A stretch of DNA of 64,000 nt. It comes from Gekko japonicus (taxonomy: Eukaryota). A program made the translations under genes and the position numbers. Under the pieces are notes generated by a model, which saw nothing but the letters and a program-made list of their open reading frames with translations, searched no databases and was not told where the DNA came from. The stretch covers positions 631,555 through 695,554 of the forward strand of contig NW_015167545.1 in NCBI RefSeq assembly GCF_001447785.1, read 5' to 3'. The first letter of the stretch is position 1, and the number at the start of each line of letters is the position of its first letter. Below, piece after piece: positions 25,401 through 36,313 of the stretch.

Positions 25401-28400
25401 TCCCAAACTCCTAACCTCCGGCGCTGGCACCAAAGGCACCCCATCGAATGTCGGGAGAGGGAGCCCCAACCCCAGACCACCACGGCTCATAATGCAATAC
25501 AATCGTACAATTATGCAACATAGATACAAGATGGACCAGAAACGAATTGCTGTAAAAAATAGAAAAATGTGAAATTAAATACATATAATAAAATGAATAA
25601 ATAAATGATACGTATATTCTACTAAAAAACATATAGATTTACTTCCAAAGTGAAACCACTAGGCACAGAATAAAAGTATAAATGAGGCCTCCAAAGATGC
25701 AGTCACATGCCAAATGATGTTTCACTGATAATAATCTAGAAACCAAAAAAATGTATAAACCAATACATTCTACAATATTGAAATTTAAATCAAAAGTATT
25801 ACTTCTGGTCCAGAAAGTGCCTCCAATGATTGTTTAGCCAAAGCATCCTAAACAAAATTGTCCCTTAAGCAAAGAGCAGTGCTGATAAAGTAAAGTGCTG
25901 GAGCTTTATACCAGGTGAAGGATGAGGCAGTCCTTGTGGAGTGCCTTGAAATAGTCATGTGATTGCACATCCCACATACAGCATAACATTTAAAACTACA
26001 AAACAATATAAATTCCAGGCTAGATGTTAAACTGTCAAAAAATCATACCACACACCAGTCACTTGTTTCTTCAGAGGTCAAACACAATGAGGAGCATATT
26101 GGCTCATATCATAATACAATACAATGAAGTCCAGCAGCTGTTGGAAGCTTTGGAAAGAGTGATGTAGGAAGACCAGCTGCAGTGGTTGATTGTAGGGCTA
26201 AGTGCCCCTGGAAAAAGGAAGTCACTGAAGGGCCAGAGGTAAGCACATGATAGGGGCTATTTAGAGTTGCCAGTTTCCCATGGTGGGGGATGTCCAGGAA
26301 ATAGGGTGAGATGGGAGAGATCGGTGCTCAGAAGAAAAAAAATGGTGGCCATGAATGCTCACAGTCTCCAAGAATTGACACGCTAGGCATTCCTTTTCCT
26401 GGACCATAGAGACTAGGAGAGGTGGGACTGCCTAGAGTATCTCTTAGGTGCAGTTTGCCATGTGTGAGTTTCCTACAGCCCTTAAGCTGCCTAACAGTTT
26501 GTGGGGAGCACTGGCTGCCAGGCTGTAGCCTGTTGACTAGTGCACTGATGCTCTTGAAAAATTGCTAAATTGCTATTAGAAGGACTGTTGCTTGGAGCAG
26601 TTTATATTTTGGATTCTGACACAACAGAGTCGGCATGTGTTTAACCCCTCAAAATTGATGGGAACAGAAAATGCTTCACTCGGGTGAATACTGCTTGGGC
26701 TGTGTGTTAGCAAATTATCTTTACTTTTCCCATACACATTTCCCCCTTATAAATGGCACTCTGAAGGAGTGTATTAACCAGTGGCATTCATGTCCATCCC
26801 TTCTTGGGCTTTGAGCTTTTACTAGGTGCAAATAGTGCTTCCGAGTTTATTTCCTAAGGACTAGGATCTTGCTTTTAAAAATAGCTGAAATGCCAGGGTC
26901 GTGATTGCTGGGATAAAGGATAACTGTTGTTAGGATGGTAATGATGGGTTGGGTCCCAAAGAACTGCTTGTAGAGTTCCACTTGAGGAACGGGACTTTTC
27001 TACCTTCCTCCTCCAGTCCCCTGTGCACCCCAAAAGAGCCAGGGGACCCCCAGGAGTATCACCGGGTGTGACTTCGATGTCTGCAGTGGGAAGATTATCC
27101 CCTTGATTGTGCTCACAGAAGGGGGAATTTGGCTCCAATCCATATTTTATCATTGATGTGCCATCACTGTTGGGTTGCCAAATCTAGGATGGGTAATTCC
27201 TGTAGGTTTGGGGAGGGAAAGGAACTCAGCAGTGAGGGGATGCTGTATAGTTCACTTTCCAAAGCTGCCTCTTCCTCCAGGGGAACTGATCGCACTAGGC
27301 TGGAGATAAGTTGTAATTCCAGGAGATCTCTAGACACCATGGGGAGGTTGGCAACCACAGCCATCAGAGTGCTAGGTGTCTTTCATTGTCCAAGAAAAAG
27401 GTCCCTGCTTCAAGGAACTTACAGTCCAGAATTTGGGACAAAGAAGGGGAGGGAAGGAAGTGAAGGGTGATGAAGGAGAAGGGACTCCATTCATTACAAT
27501 TGTACATCAAGAGAGGAGGAAGAAGGATTTGAGGTTGCCAACCTAGAGGTGGTAGTTGGAGATCTCCCAGAATTACGACTGGTCTCCAGGTGACATTGAT
27601 CAGTTCCTCTGGAGAAAATTGGCTGCTTTGTAAGGTGGACTCTATGACATTATGCCCCACTGAGGTAAAATCTCTATGGCTGAGGCATTATACCCCACTG
27701 AGGTAAAATCTCCAGGAATTTCACCCCACTGAGGTAAAATCTCCAGGAATTTCACTATCTGCCGGACAGTGTCATCCCAATGGGGAGGATTTGAAGATGC
27801 CATCAAAACCACTCAAGACCATCTTGTTTACAAAAAGCACTTTATTATTGTTACTGTTGTTATTATTCATGATTTATTGTTTTATCTGGTTTATGTATGG
27901 GCGCATGCCCCTTGTAAGCCGCCCTGAGCCCGCTTGCGGGGAGGGTGGGGTAAAAATGGCTAAATAAATAAATAAAATAAATTTGAAGGAAGTGAGAATG
28001 AGGTGAAAGCTGTTTTCGAGGGGCAGGCCCAGGCCCAGGCATCTGGGACAGCAAAAGAGAAAGACTGAGAGGCTTGAGGGAGCAGGAGCTCTCTTTAGAG
28101 CTAAAGTTACCGGGATTGTCTCCATTATTAATTTGAATTGTGTGAGAAATGGGGTTGCGACATCCCTGAAGCAATTACCTCCACCACCACCACCACCCAT
28201 TGCCAGAGCTGCCCTTTTCATTTTGTTTTTCTCTTATTTTTGCGGTTCATAAAGTTAAGATACGGTCGCCTTGTTTTTTTAAAGCACCTTTTCCTCCCTA
28301 AACACAGAATGAAGAGAGGGGAACTCTTTGATTACCTCACAGAGAAAGTGACCTTGAGTGAGAAAGAAACCAGGTAAGGGGTTTCAGCCTTCTGTAAGCA

Positions 28401-31400
28401 AAGGGTTTAAAAAAATAATATTGGCCCACCCTGAGGGGCTGCTGTAGCAGTTGCTCAACTCATGCACAAGAATCCTATTTATTTTTGCATAGCCTTGCCC
28501 CTTCATCTGCATGCTCCTTGGGTTTGGCAGGTTGGTCATTCTACAGTGTGACCTGAGTATGGTGATGGGAATCAGCTTTTATATATACATGCATTAAGTG
28601 AAACAGAATGTCCTGGAAACAGAGTTGCTATGAATGAAAGTGTCCAATGGATTTTATTTCTTTGAGAAGGGAATTTGTCTGTGTATCATATTTCCCCCCC
28701 CGCCCTTTTCACGGAGCTCAGGGAGGCATATAAGATACTCCATTCCTACATTTGCCTTCACAACAGCCCTGTGAGGCAGCTTAACAGAGCACGACTGGCC
28801 CAAGGTCACCCACTGTGCTCCTTAACTGGTTCAGATACCCAGGCCTCCCTAATCCTAGTCTAAGGGCGCTTTCACACACCCTAAATAATACTGTTTCAAT
28901 CCACTTCAGTGATTTTCACACAGCAAAATCCAGTTGCAAAGTACATTGAAAGTGGACTGAATGTGCATTATTTAGCGTGTGTGAAAGCGCTATAACTCTC
29001 TCGCCAGTACACCACACTGGCGTTTATTCCAAGAAGACTCCTGATACCCTTTAACATGTTGATGAACATAGGAGTCTGCCTGTTCATCTGGCTCACCGTT
29101 CTCAATTCTGACTGGCTCTGCAGCTTTCCAACAGAGGAAGGTCTTTCGTAACATCTGCTACCTGAGATCTTTTAACCGGATTGAGCCTGGGACCTTCTGC
29201 ATGGAAAGCAGGTGCTCTGCTACTGACTGATGGGTCTGGCCCAAAGAACTGCCTTGTACTGACTACAGTATTTGGTTCTTCTGACCCTGTATTGTCTGCT
29301 CTGACTGGCAGTGGCAGTTGGGGGTCCCAGGCAGGGAAAGGCTGTTTTCTACTACCTACAACTTGAGCTCCTTCCGATGGATATACCTGGAATTCGACCG
29401 GTGACTTTTTGTACGTGCTGTGCCACTGAACTATGGACTTGCCCTGAGCTGCGGGGATGGGAGATGAGAATGTACTTTTTGTCTCCCGGGCAGTTTCCTT
29501 CAGCTGACTGGCGGGTACTTTCCTCCCTTTAGAAAGATCATGCGTGCCCTCCTGGAAGTCATCCAGTACCTTCATTCCATGGACATCGTTCATCGAGACC
29601 TGAAGCCGGAAAACATCCTCCTGGATGATGACATGAACATCAAGCTGACTGACTTTGGCTTCTCGTGTCAGCTGCAGAGAGGGGAAAAACTCAAAGGTGA
29701 TGTGATCGGCTTATTGCAGAGACTGGACACTGGGGTGGGGCAGGGCTGCCTGTGTCCCCCTGGGTCTATATCAGTGTTCCCTCTAAGCTGAGTTAGTGTG
29801 AGCTCAGTCACCGTTTTTTAGCCTCCGGCTCACACATTTTTGTCTTAGCTCAGGAAGGAGGGCCCCAGAGCAAACTAATTTATGCAGCAGCCCAGTCGCT
29901 CGCTCACAACTTCAATGCCAGGAGCTCACAAAGTAGAATTTTTGCTCACAAGATCCCACAGCTTAGAGGGAGCATTAGTCTAGATGGATAAGGAGGCCCA
30001 CAAGCACCCTCTCCCGTGCTGCCTCTCGGCAATCTGAAGATCTGGATTGCCTGCATCTTGAACCAATTTGATTTTATTCTGCTTTTTCCACCTGTTTACA
30101 TCACTTATTGTCGTTTTGCAAGTCTTGGGCAGAAGCTATGTATTTTGAGATCATGTGCTTTGGGTGAGATTCTAGTCAGGTAGCAGCCACATACATGATC
30201 ACACATGAAGCTGCCTTATACTGAATCAGACCATTGGTCCGCCAAGGTCAGTATTGTCTACTCAGACTGGCAGCAGCTCTCCAGGGTCACAGGTGGATGC
30301 CTTTCCCATCACCTACCACCTGATCCTTTCAATTGGAGATGCTGGGGTTTGAACCTGGGACCTCCTGCAGACAAAGTAGAGGTTCTTCCACTGAGTTACA
30401 GCCAGAGGTCATTTCGGGGGGGAACGCGGGGGAACACAGTTCCCCCGGGGGAGGTGCAGGGGGCGGGGCACATGATGAACCCCCGCCCCCTGCTTCCGGC
30501 CGCCCCGCTTCCAGCCCTCATTCAGCCAGGAGGAGGCAGGAGAAGAGGGAGGGTAAGTTGCTTCCTCCCCGCCTCTCCCCACCCCTGCCTGCCTGGGGCC
30601 AGGGAGGGCCTTGGCGGGGCTTTCTCGCACTCCCACTGGCCTTGCAGGTCCACCGCCGGGCCCCTGATGTCAGGGGGTGTGACATATGCTAATGAGTTAT
30701 GCTAATGAGTTCCCCTAGCTCTTTTTCTACGAAATGACCCCTGGTTACAGCCCCTCCCCTTAGGTAAGCTGCAATGAAAATACATGCCTTCCTAATGTGA
30801 GAATTACCTCGCTCGATCGGATCAAGGTAGAGCCTTCCTCTGACTTTTGCATATCGATTTGAACTGAAACTGAGGAGTCCTTCTAAATCAGATCAAAATC
30901 CCATATATTCCAGCATTCTCCGCCCAGCAATGGCAAGCCAGATGCCCCTGGGAAGTCTGTAAATCCCACAGTCCTCGCTCAGCTGAGACCCCACAGTTAA
31001 TTAATATTCAAAGGTATACTGTCTTTGAACATGTAGCTTCTATTTATAGCTTTCATGACTAAAGAACATAAGAACCCTGCTGAATGAAGGCCTGTCTTGA
31101 ACCCATAAGTTAGCTAGGGAGGATGATAGCTCTAAAAAAAATTAAATAGTATAAAGGTATGAAAAGTTTAAGTTTTTTTAAAAAAACCCTATTGATTTTC
31201 TTGCAGAGATCTGTGGAACTCCTGGCTACTTGGCACCTGAAATATTAGAATGTTCCATGGATCCAGACCATCCAGGCTACGGGAAGGAAACTGACATGTA
31301 AGGAAAACAATGTGGCACCCTATTTCTTTTCTTTCCACCCTCCAGATTTATTTATTGATTTTATATTTTGTTGATCACATATTTACTTAACATATATTTT

Positions 31401-34400
31401 ACAGAGTTTCTTCCATTATACCTCATGATAATTGATATACCATATTCAAAATTTTAATTAAATTGAACTTATTCGAATTTTCTTACATTCTATGAATCTC
31501 GGCATCCTATCAAATACACTATATATGAAACTAATTAGAACTTAAGTTCCTAACCATCTAGAAACGCGGTACCAATATTTTTCAAAAACTTCTTCATTTT
31601 TACCTTGTAAAGTAAACGTTAATTTCTCAATTTCTGCTACTTCAAGCCATTTATAGACAAAGTCCTCTGCAGTGGGAGTGTTTTCGTTTTTCCAGAGCTT
31701 TGCAAATAAAATCCTGTATGTATACGAAGAAATGCAGCCGTTGGAAAGACTGAACACAACAATGAAATCTTTCCCTTTTCCCATCCTTGTATATCCTTCC
31801 ATCCACAAGCACTGGGGCATCATCATGCTTACCTGTGTTCTCCTATGAATAACCTGCTTGAAGGGAAGCTGCTGGCAGTTTCGACATCAACTGGAGACGG
31901 GGCCGGCCAGTGTTAAGGGCCAGCACAGTTAGGGCCCCCCTGCCAGGGCCCCAAAGCCTGGCTTGAGGGGGCACCTCTTTGCAAACATGCTGAGCTGATC
32001 TCCCATTTTGGAAAAACTCCATGATGACAGTGGAGGAAGCAAAGCGCCAAAGAACTGAGCCGTGCAGCACCTCCTCCATGCCAGCCCAGAAACCACCCAC
32101 CCCAGTGCTTTTTTTGTAGGGGGAAAAACCCAGCAGGAACTAATTAGCATAAGAGGCCACACTCAACAGCAGAAACTCATTAGCATATTAGGCCACACGC
32201 CTGACAGTGCAGCTCATTAGCATATTAGGCCACACCTCCATGCCTTCCCTTGGCTCGGCTGGGCACCCCGCGGCTGCGGGGAACCCGGGAAAGCCGGCCC
32301 TTGGAGGGAAGGGAAGGCAGTTTAAACTGCCTTCCCTTGGCTTGCCTGGGTACCCCTTCCCTCTGTAGCCACACATGCAGAGGTTTTGGCTGTAGTGGGC
32401 GTGGCCAACTCTGAAGCCAGCTGGGACTCCGTTCCTGTGCGTTCCTGCCCAAAAGTAGCCCTGACCCACCCACCAGTGCTTTTTAGCCACCCTTTTGTGC
32501 TCTTTTTTTTGAGACCTGTGGACACGAACAGGGCCAAAAGGAGCATGAGAAATGCACACTGCCTTCTTCCACAGAGTCTGATGATGATGATGATGATAAT
32601 AATAATAATAATACTTTCCATTTATTAATCGCTTTTCCCAGTGGGCTCAAAGCGATGTACAGTTCGTAGAGGATAGGGAAGATAACATATATTCACTTTA
32701 ATTGCACACGCCGTCACTGTAGACATCTTCTGGCTGGCTCCGTCATTTTCCCGCACGGCTGCTTGCTGGCCAGGCCTCAGGACCCGTATGTCAATCGCCA
32801 CACTGCCACTGCCTGGCCGAAACATCCATTGCAGGCGTTCTTTTCATAGCCGGGAAGCTGTTTCGCCTTTACAAGCTTTGACCAGGACGTCCGACCGTCA
32901 GCTAACGCCCTCCCACAAAGGAGGTTGGCGTGCCCACCCTCTCTAAGGAGTGGTTCCCATTTTATCTACTCGCCGAAGCTTTCGAATCGCTGGGTGGACG
33001 ATGAGCTGGGGACAACAGGCTGGCTGCTCACACCAGCGCGGGGCTCGAACTAACACAGTTCAGATGTTAAGACAGTGGGATATACCCACTGTGCCACCGC
33101 TTGCAGCACTGGGGGGAGGGAAGCTGCAATGGTTACCCAAAGACCGAGAAAACAGTGATTACCCAGTGATTACCCAAAGACCAAGAAAACAAAAAACCAA
33201 CCCTGCAGCCAGTCCCACCAGGCAGGAGAATAATTCTTTTCTGGCATGTTCTTTACCACCTTCTTTAAGTACCATCAAGTCACAGTCAACTTATGGCAAC
33301 TTTGTATGGTTTTCAAGGAAAGGGACATTCGGAGGGGGTTTGCCTTTGCCTTCCTGTGCTTAGCAACTCTGGGTTTCCTTGGTGGTCTCCCATCCAAATA
33401 CTTGCCAGGGCCGACCCTGCCTAGCTTTCAAGATCGGACGAGATCAGGCTAGCCTGGGCCATCCAGGTCAATGTGCAGCCTGTTGTTCCAGCAGCCACGT
33501 CAAAGGGGGTGGGGTTGTTTGTCCCCAGGTGGAGCACAGGAGTCATCATGTATACGTTGCTGGCCGGATCGCCCCCATTCTGGCACCGGAAACAGATGCT
33601 GATGCTGCGGATGATCATGAGTGGAGATTACAAGTTCGGCTCCCCGGAGTGGGACGACCAGTCAGATACCGTCAAAGACCTGGTAGGTGACACTGAAGCC
33701 AGGAGGGTTACAAGCAGGGCTGGCGTCAGCATTCCCCGAGCTGGGGCAGCTGCTGGGACCCAGGGTTTCTCGTGGGGCCTGCTGCCACTGTCCATATACC
33801 TTCTCTGCCACTTGCCAGTGGTCCCCCCCCCCCCAATCTGCTTGGGCTTCCACCACCCACGCTCCCTGTCACATATAGAGAAGAGGAAGAAGAGATTGGG
33901 TTTATACCCCGCCCTTCCCTGCCCAAAGGTGCCTCAGAGCTTACAACTCCTTTCCCTTCCCCTCCCCACAACAGACACCCTGTGAGGTAGGTGGGGCTGA
34001 GAGAGCTCTGGCAGAAACGGCTCTTTTTTCAAGAACAGCTCTTATCAGAACTACGGCTTGCCCAAGGTCATCCAGCCAGGTGCAAGCGGAGGAGTGGGGA
34101 ATCAAACCCGGTTCTCCCAGATTAGAGTCCGCGCACTTAACCACTACACCAAACTGGCTCTCACTATACTGCTCAGTGTCAGTGGGGAAGACGGTGCAGG
34201 TGGTGCAGAGGGGTGGTGCCATCAGATAAAGGAGGTGTAGGAGGGCTTCCAGGCAGAGGAAGGACACTTAAGCAGATGTTGGACAGGAAGGGAGCTGCAG
34301 TGGGGGGGCTGGTGGGGGCAGAGGAGGCGAGAGGGCCCCTGGGTACTCTCCACCCAGGGCACTGCGAAACCTGGAGCCAGCCCTGGTTACAAGTCCTCAC

Positions 34401-36313
34401 GATGCTCAGATATTTGACATAAGAACCTGGTGTAATGTGGAGCAGAAAGTGCAGCGTTTCCATCTCTGGAACCAACCCCCCCCCCCCCCCCTTCGTCTTC
34501 CTTTTTTTTTTTCCCCTGCCCCCAGACCGTCGATACACTGTGGAGGATGCTCTCGCCCACCCCTTCTTCCAACAATATGTAGTGGAGGAAGTCCGACACT
34601 TCAGCCCGTTCCGGAAATTTCGGGTACTCAAGCTTACCCCTGTTTTCTTATAGCCAGGGAAGCCACATCTGTGCTATACAGCTAAACCAGCTTTAAAACT
34701 GAACACAAAGTGAATCAGCCAATCAGGGTGAGCAGAGTCTACTCAGACTGGTAGTGGCTCTCCAGGGTCTCAGGCAGAGGTCTTTCACATCAACAACTGT
34801 TTGGTCCTTTTTTTAACAGGAGATGCTGGGGATTGAACCCGAGATCTGCATGCCAAGCAAGTGCTCTGTCACTGAGCCATGGCCTCTCCCCAGTCAGTGA
34901 TGGGAACGGTGCTGAGAACTGCCCAGAGTTCTATGCCGCTAACATATGCTGCTTTTATGACCCTTTTAATTCACACAGCTGCCACCAAAGAATCTTGGAA
35001 ACTGTAGTTTTCTGAGGATGGTGACAATTGATGAGACTACTAGCTCCCTTTAACAAACCTACCATTCTTTGGGAAATGGGAGTGTGTATCTGTATGTATG
35101 TATACATGCGCACACCATTTCCCCACACATCCCCAAAGTTCTGCTGCAAAATTACATTGATCAAGGTCCTTCAATTGCAAGTGCTTATAATTCAAGGGAC
35201 TTGGAACTGGTTTAAATGTGCAGCACAGGGGTCTGCTGTCAAAACTGCACCAAGCCTAAATGGTGCCTTGCTATGGATTTGGCTTTCCCATTCCTTCGGT
35301 CTAGGAACAACATGCCCCCCCCGTAAGCTAGTTATCCAGAAACCACCTGCTGTGAGCTTCCATGATCCGTTAGTAATTGCAAACAAAGGTGCAGTAACCC
35401 TGAATTAGTGACCACAGAATGCATAGATGGTGATCTTCTGGTATAGACTCTTATTAATGTGCTTGTGAGCCTTGAATAGCCATTGAAGGTTACTAGGGGT
35501 CATTTTGTAGAAAAAGAGGTGCAGGAGCTCATTAGCATAACTCATTAGGATAACTTATTTGCATATACCACACCCCCTGACATCACTGGAAGTGTGTCAG
35601 AAGGCAACACCCACTGCAACTTATCTGGCTGCTTCTTGCTCCTCATGGCCCGGGGCTGCTGGGAGCAGGGGGTGGGTCTTGTTGCGTGTGCCCGCCCCTG
35701 GGCTCTTTACTGCTGGAGCTCCGCTCCTGTGCGCTCCTGCAGGAAATGACCCCTGGAGGTTCCACATTTTTACACACACCCCCTCCAAGGAACTCAGGGT
35801 GGCATTAAAAAGGGCAATATGGCAGGTGGTACGTGATGTAAACTTGATAGGACAAGGGCACTGCCACACACCTTGACTCTGGCTTTTTATGCTGGATGGT
35901 ATATTTGAACAGATTCAGGGAGCTCTGGTTTGGGTATATTCAAAGTCCCTTAAACTGGAATCCGTTAATCCATTCGTTAAGAGACAACTCAGTACTGATG
36001 AATCAGGTGATATTCCCGAGAGGCTGCAAGTTTTAAAGCTAGGGGTTTGGTTTCCCTTCAGGTTATCTGCTTGACGGTCTTAGCATCGGTCCGAATCTAC
36101 CTCAATTATCGTAATGTCAAGCCAGTCACCACAGAGGTGATGCAGCGTGACCCCTACGGCTTGAAACCTGTCCGCAAGCTGATCGACGCCTGTGCCTTCC
36201 GGATCTACGGCCACTGGGTGAAGAAGGGAGAAGCGCAGAACAGGGCGGCCCTGTTTGAAAACACACCCAAAGCCATCCTGCTTAGCTTGGCCGCCGAGGA
36301 AGAGTTCTTTTGA
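13390..36313 (+). CDS. PHKG1: PHKG1, phosphorylase kinase catalytic gamma-1 subunit (muscle), whole coding span
   Basis: Exons 13390..13472,14756..14931,17567..17621,28308..28373,29533..29696,31207..31297,33529..33682,(~34526..34623, 5'-truncated),36062..36313. Motifs [39 protein letters not shown], and the C-terminal calmodulin-binding region ([25 protein letters not shown]). Synteny with SUMF2 and CHCHD2 identifies gamma-1. Confidence 0.95.
14756..14931 (+). CDS. PHKG1: PHKG1 coding exon 2
   Basis: [34 protein letters not shown], flanked by ccag| and |GTAAGT. Confidence 0.95.
16429..17126. mobile_element. Long palindromic MITE split by a Sauria SINE
   Basis: TCTAGTAACAAATAAAT...ATTTATTTGTTACTAGA, about 150-bp inverted arms. 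Confidence 0.75.
16512..16865 (-). mobile_element. Sauria SINE, full length
   Basis: tRNA head, GTAGATAAATAGGTACCAC core, (ACCTTT)n tail, TSD ATAAAGTGCA(T/C)AG. Confidence 0.88.
17567..17621 (+). CDS. PHKG1: PHKG1 coding exon 3
   Basis: [19 protein letters not shown], 55 nt. Confidence 0.93.
18192..18520. mobile_element. hAT-type MITE
   Basis: 8-bp TSD GACACACA. Near-identical copy at 30403-30743. Confidence 0.8.
18889..20138 (-). mobile_element. L2 LINE, 5'-truncated (RT C-terminal region and 3'UTR)
   Basis: ORFs 19874..20122 ([10 protein letters not shown]) and 19195..19872 ([25 protein letters not shown]), (TAAA)n tail, TSD CACATTT. Confidence 0.92.
20470..20700 (+). mobile_element. Degenerate CR1 LINE fragment
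   Basis: CAGTTCTGGTCAC..AGAGGGCAACCAAG..CTAGAGAAAAGATGACTAAGGG, similar to the CR1 ORF2 3' region. Confidence 0.55.
21660..22820. mobile_element. Nested cluster: Penelope-derived inverted repeat containing a Harbinger-like MITE (about 21809-22756) containing a hAT MITE (22302-22698)
   Basis: Penelope-type GAGTCCAGTA..CTTCTTCAGAT arm and AAAGCTTATACC..GGTCTCTAAGGT arm. Inner element has TSD CTCTGGAG. Confidence 0.65.
23907..24513. repeat. Long imperfect inverted repeat (about 240-bp arms), probably Penelope-derived
   Basis: 23907-24144 is the approximate reverse complement of 24250-24513. Confidence 0.85.
24545..25483 (-). mobile_element. L2 LINE 3' fragment
   Basis: ORF 24845..25483 highly similar to the 19195 ORF, (TAAA)n tail. 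Confidence 0.9.
28308..28373 (+). CDS. PHKG1: PHKG1 coding exon 4
   Basis: [22 protein letters not shown], 66 nt. Confidence 0.95.
28864..28992. mobile_element. Palindromic PIF/Harbinger-type MITE
   Basis: GGGCGCTTTCACACAC..GTGTGTGAAAGCGC flanked by TAA on both sides. Confidence 0.7.
29533..29696 (+). CDS. PHKG1: PHKG1 coding exon 5
   Basis: [39 protein letters not shown]. Confidence 0.96.
29772..29977. mobile_element. hAT-type MITE
   Basis: TSD GTCTA(T/G)AT, TIR CAGTGTTCCCTCTAAG. Confidence 0.8.
30403..30743. mobile_element. hAT-type MITE inserted into a SINE
   Basis: Perfect TSD GTTACAGC. Confidence 0.82.
31207..31297 (+). CDS. PHKG1: PHKG1 coding exon 6
   Basis: [30 protein letters not shown]. 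Confidence 0.95.
31345..31730 (-). mobile_element. L1/Tx1-clade LINE 3' end
   Basis: [34 protein letters not shown] resembles an L1 ORF2 C-terminus, followed by an AT-rich 3'UTR. Confidence 0.7.
32103..32463. mobile_element. hAT-type MITE
   Basis: TSD ACCCACCC, inverted copy of the 2363 family. Confidence 0.8.
32580..33103 (-). mobile_element. tRNA-derived SINE with Sauria-like 5' half and L2-like 3' tail
   Basis: A box TGGCACAGTGG, B box GTTCGAGCC, TTCGAAAGC..GAGTAGATAAA core, CATCGCTTTGAGCCC..AATAAAT followed by (ATT)n(ATC)n tail. Confidence 0.7.
33270..33475 (-). mobile_element. 5S-derived SINE
   Basis: GACCTGGATGGCCCAGGCTAGCCTGATCTCGTCCGATCTTG head. Other copies at about 46662, 53690 and 55700. 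Confidence 0.7.
33529..33682 (+). CDS. PHKG1: PHKG1 coding exon 7
   Basis: [39 protein letters not shown], ends in phase 0. Confidence 0.96.
33877..34162 (-). mobile_element. tRNA-derived CORE-type SINE
   Basis: Highly similar to 47921-48205. Confidence 0.8.
34526..34623 (+). CDS. PHKG1: PHKG1 coding exon 8 (about 28 nt missing at the 5' end in this sequence)
   Basis: [32 protein letters not shown], donor CGG|GTACTC. The acceptor at 34525 is out of phase with the previous exon. Confidence 0.85.
36062..36313 (+). CDS. PHKG1: PHKG1 last coding exon
   Basis: [68 protein letters not shown]. Confidence 0.96.
   Translation, partial: VICLTVLASVRIYLNYRNVKPVTTEVMQRDPYGLKPVRKLIDACAFRIYGHWVKKGEAQNRAALFENTPKAILLSLAAEEEFF

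Noticed and set aside
27655-27755. Three copies of CCCCACTGAGGTAAAATCTC with short spacers, superficially CRISPR-like
   Set aside because: Local tandem duplication within a MITE in a vertebrate genome. The spacers are themselves MITE sequence and there are no cas genes.
30205-30705. 166-aa ORF sharing a peptide with the ORF at 18177
   Set aside because: The shared peptide comes from two copies of the same non-coding hAT MITE.
33020-33103. tRNA-like A and B boxes (also in other SINE heads)
   Set aside because: No cloverleaf, and each is part of a SINE.
34435-34525. In-frame upstream extension ([23 protein letters not shown]) as a rescue of the PHKG1 exon
   Set aside because: This is the polypyrimidine tract read as codons. 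It has only a weak AAG acceptor at 34449 and no similarity to the missing kinase segment.
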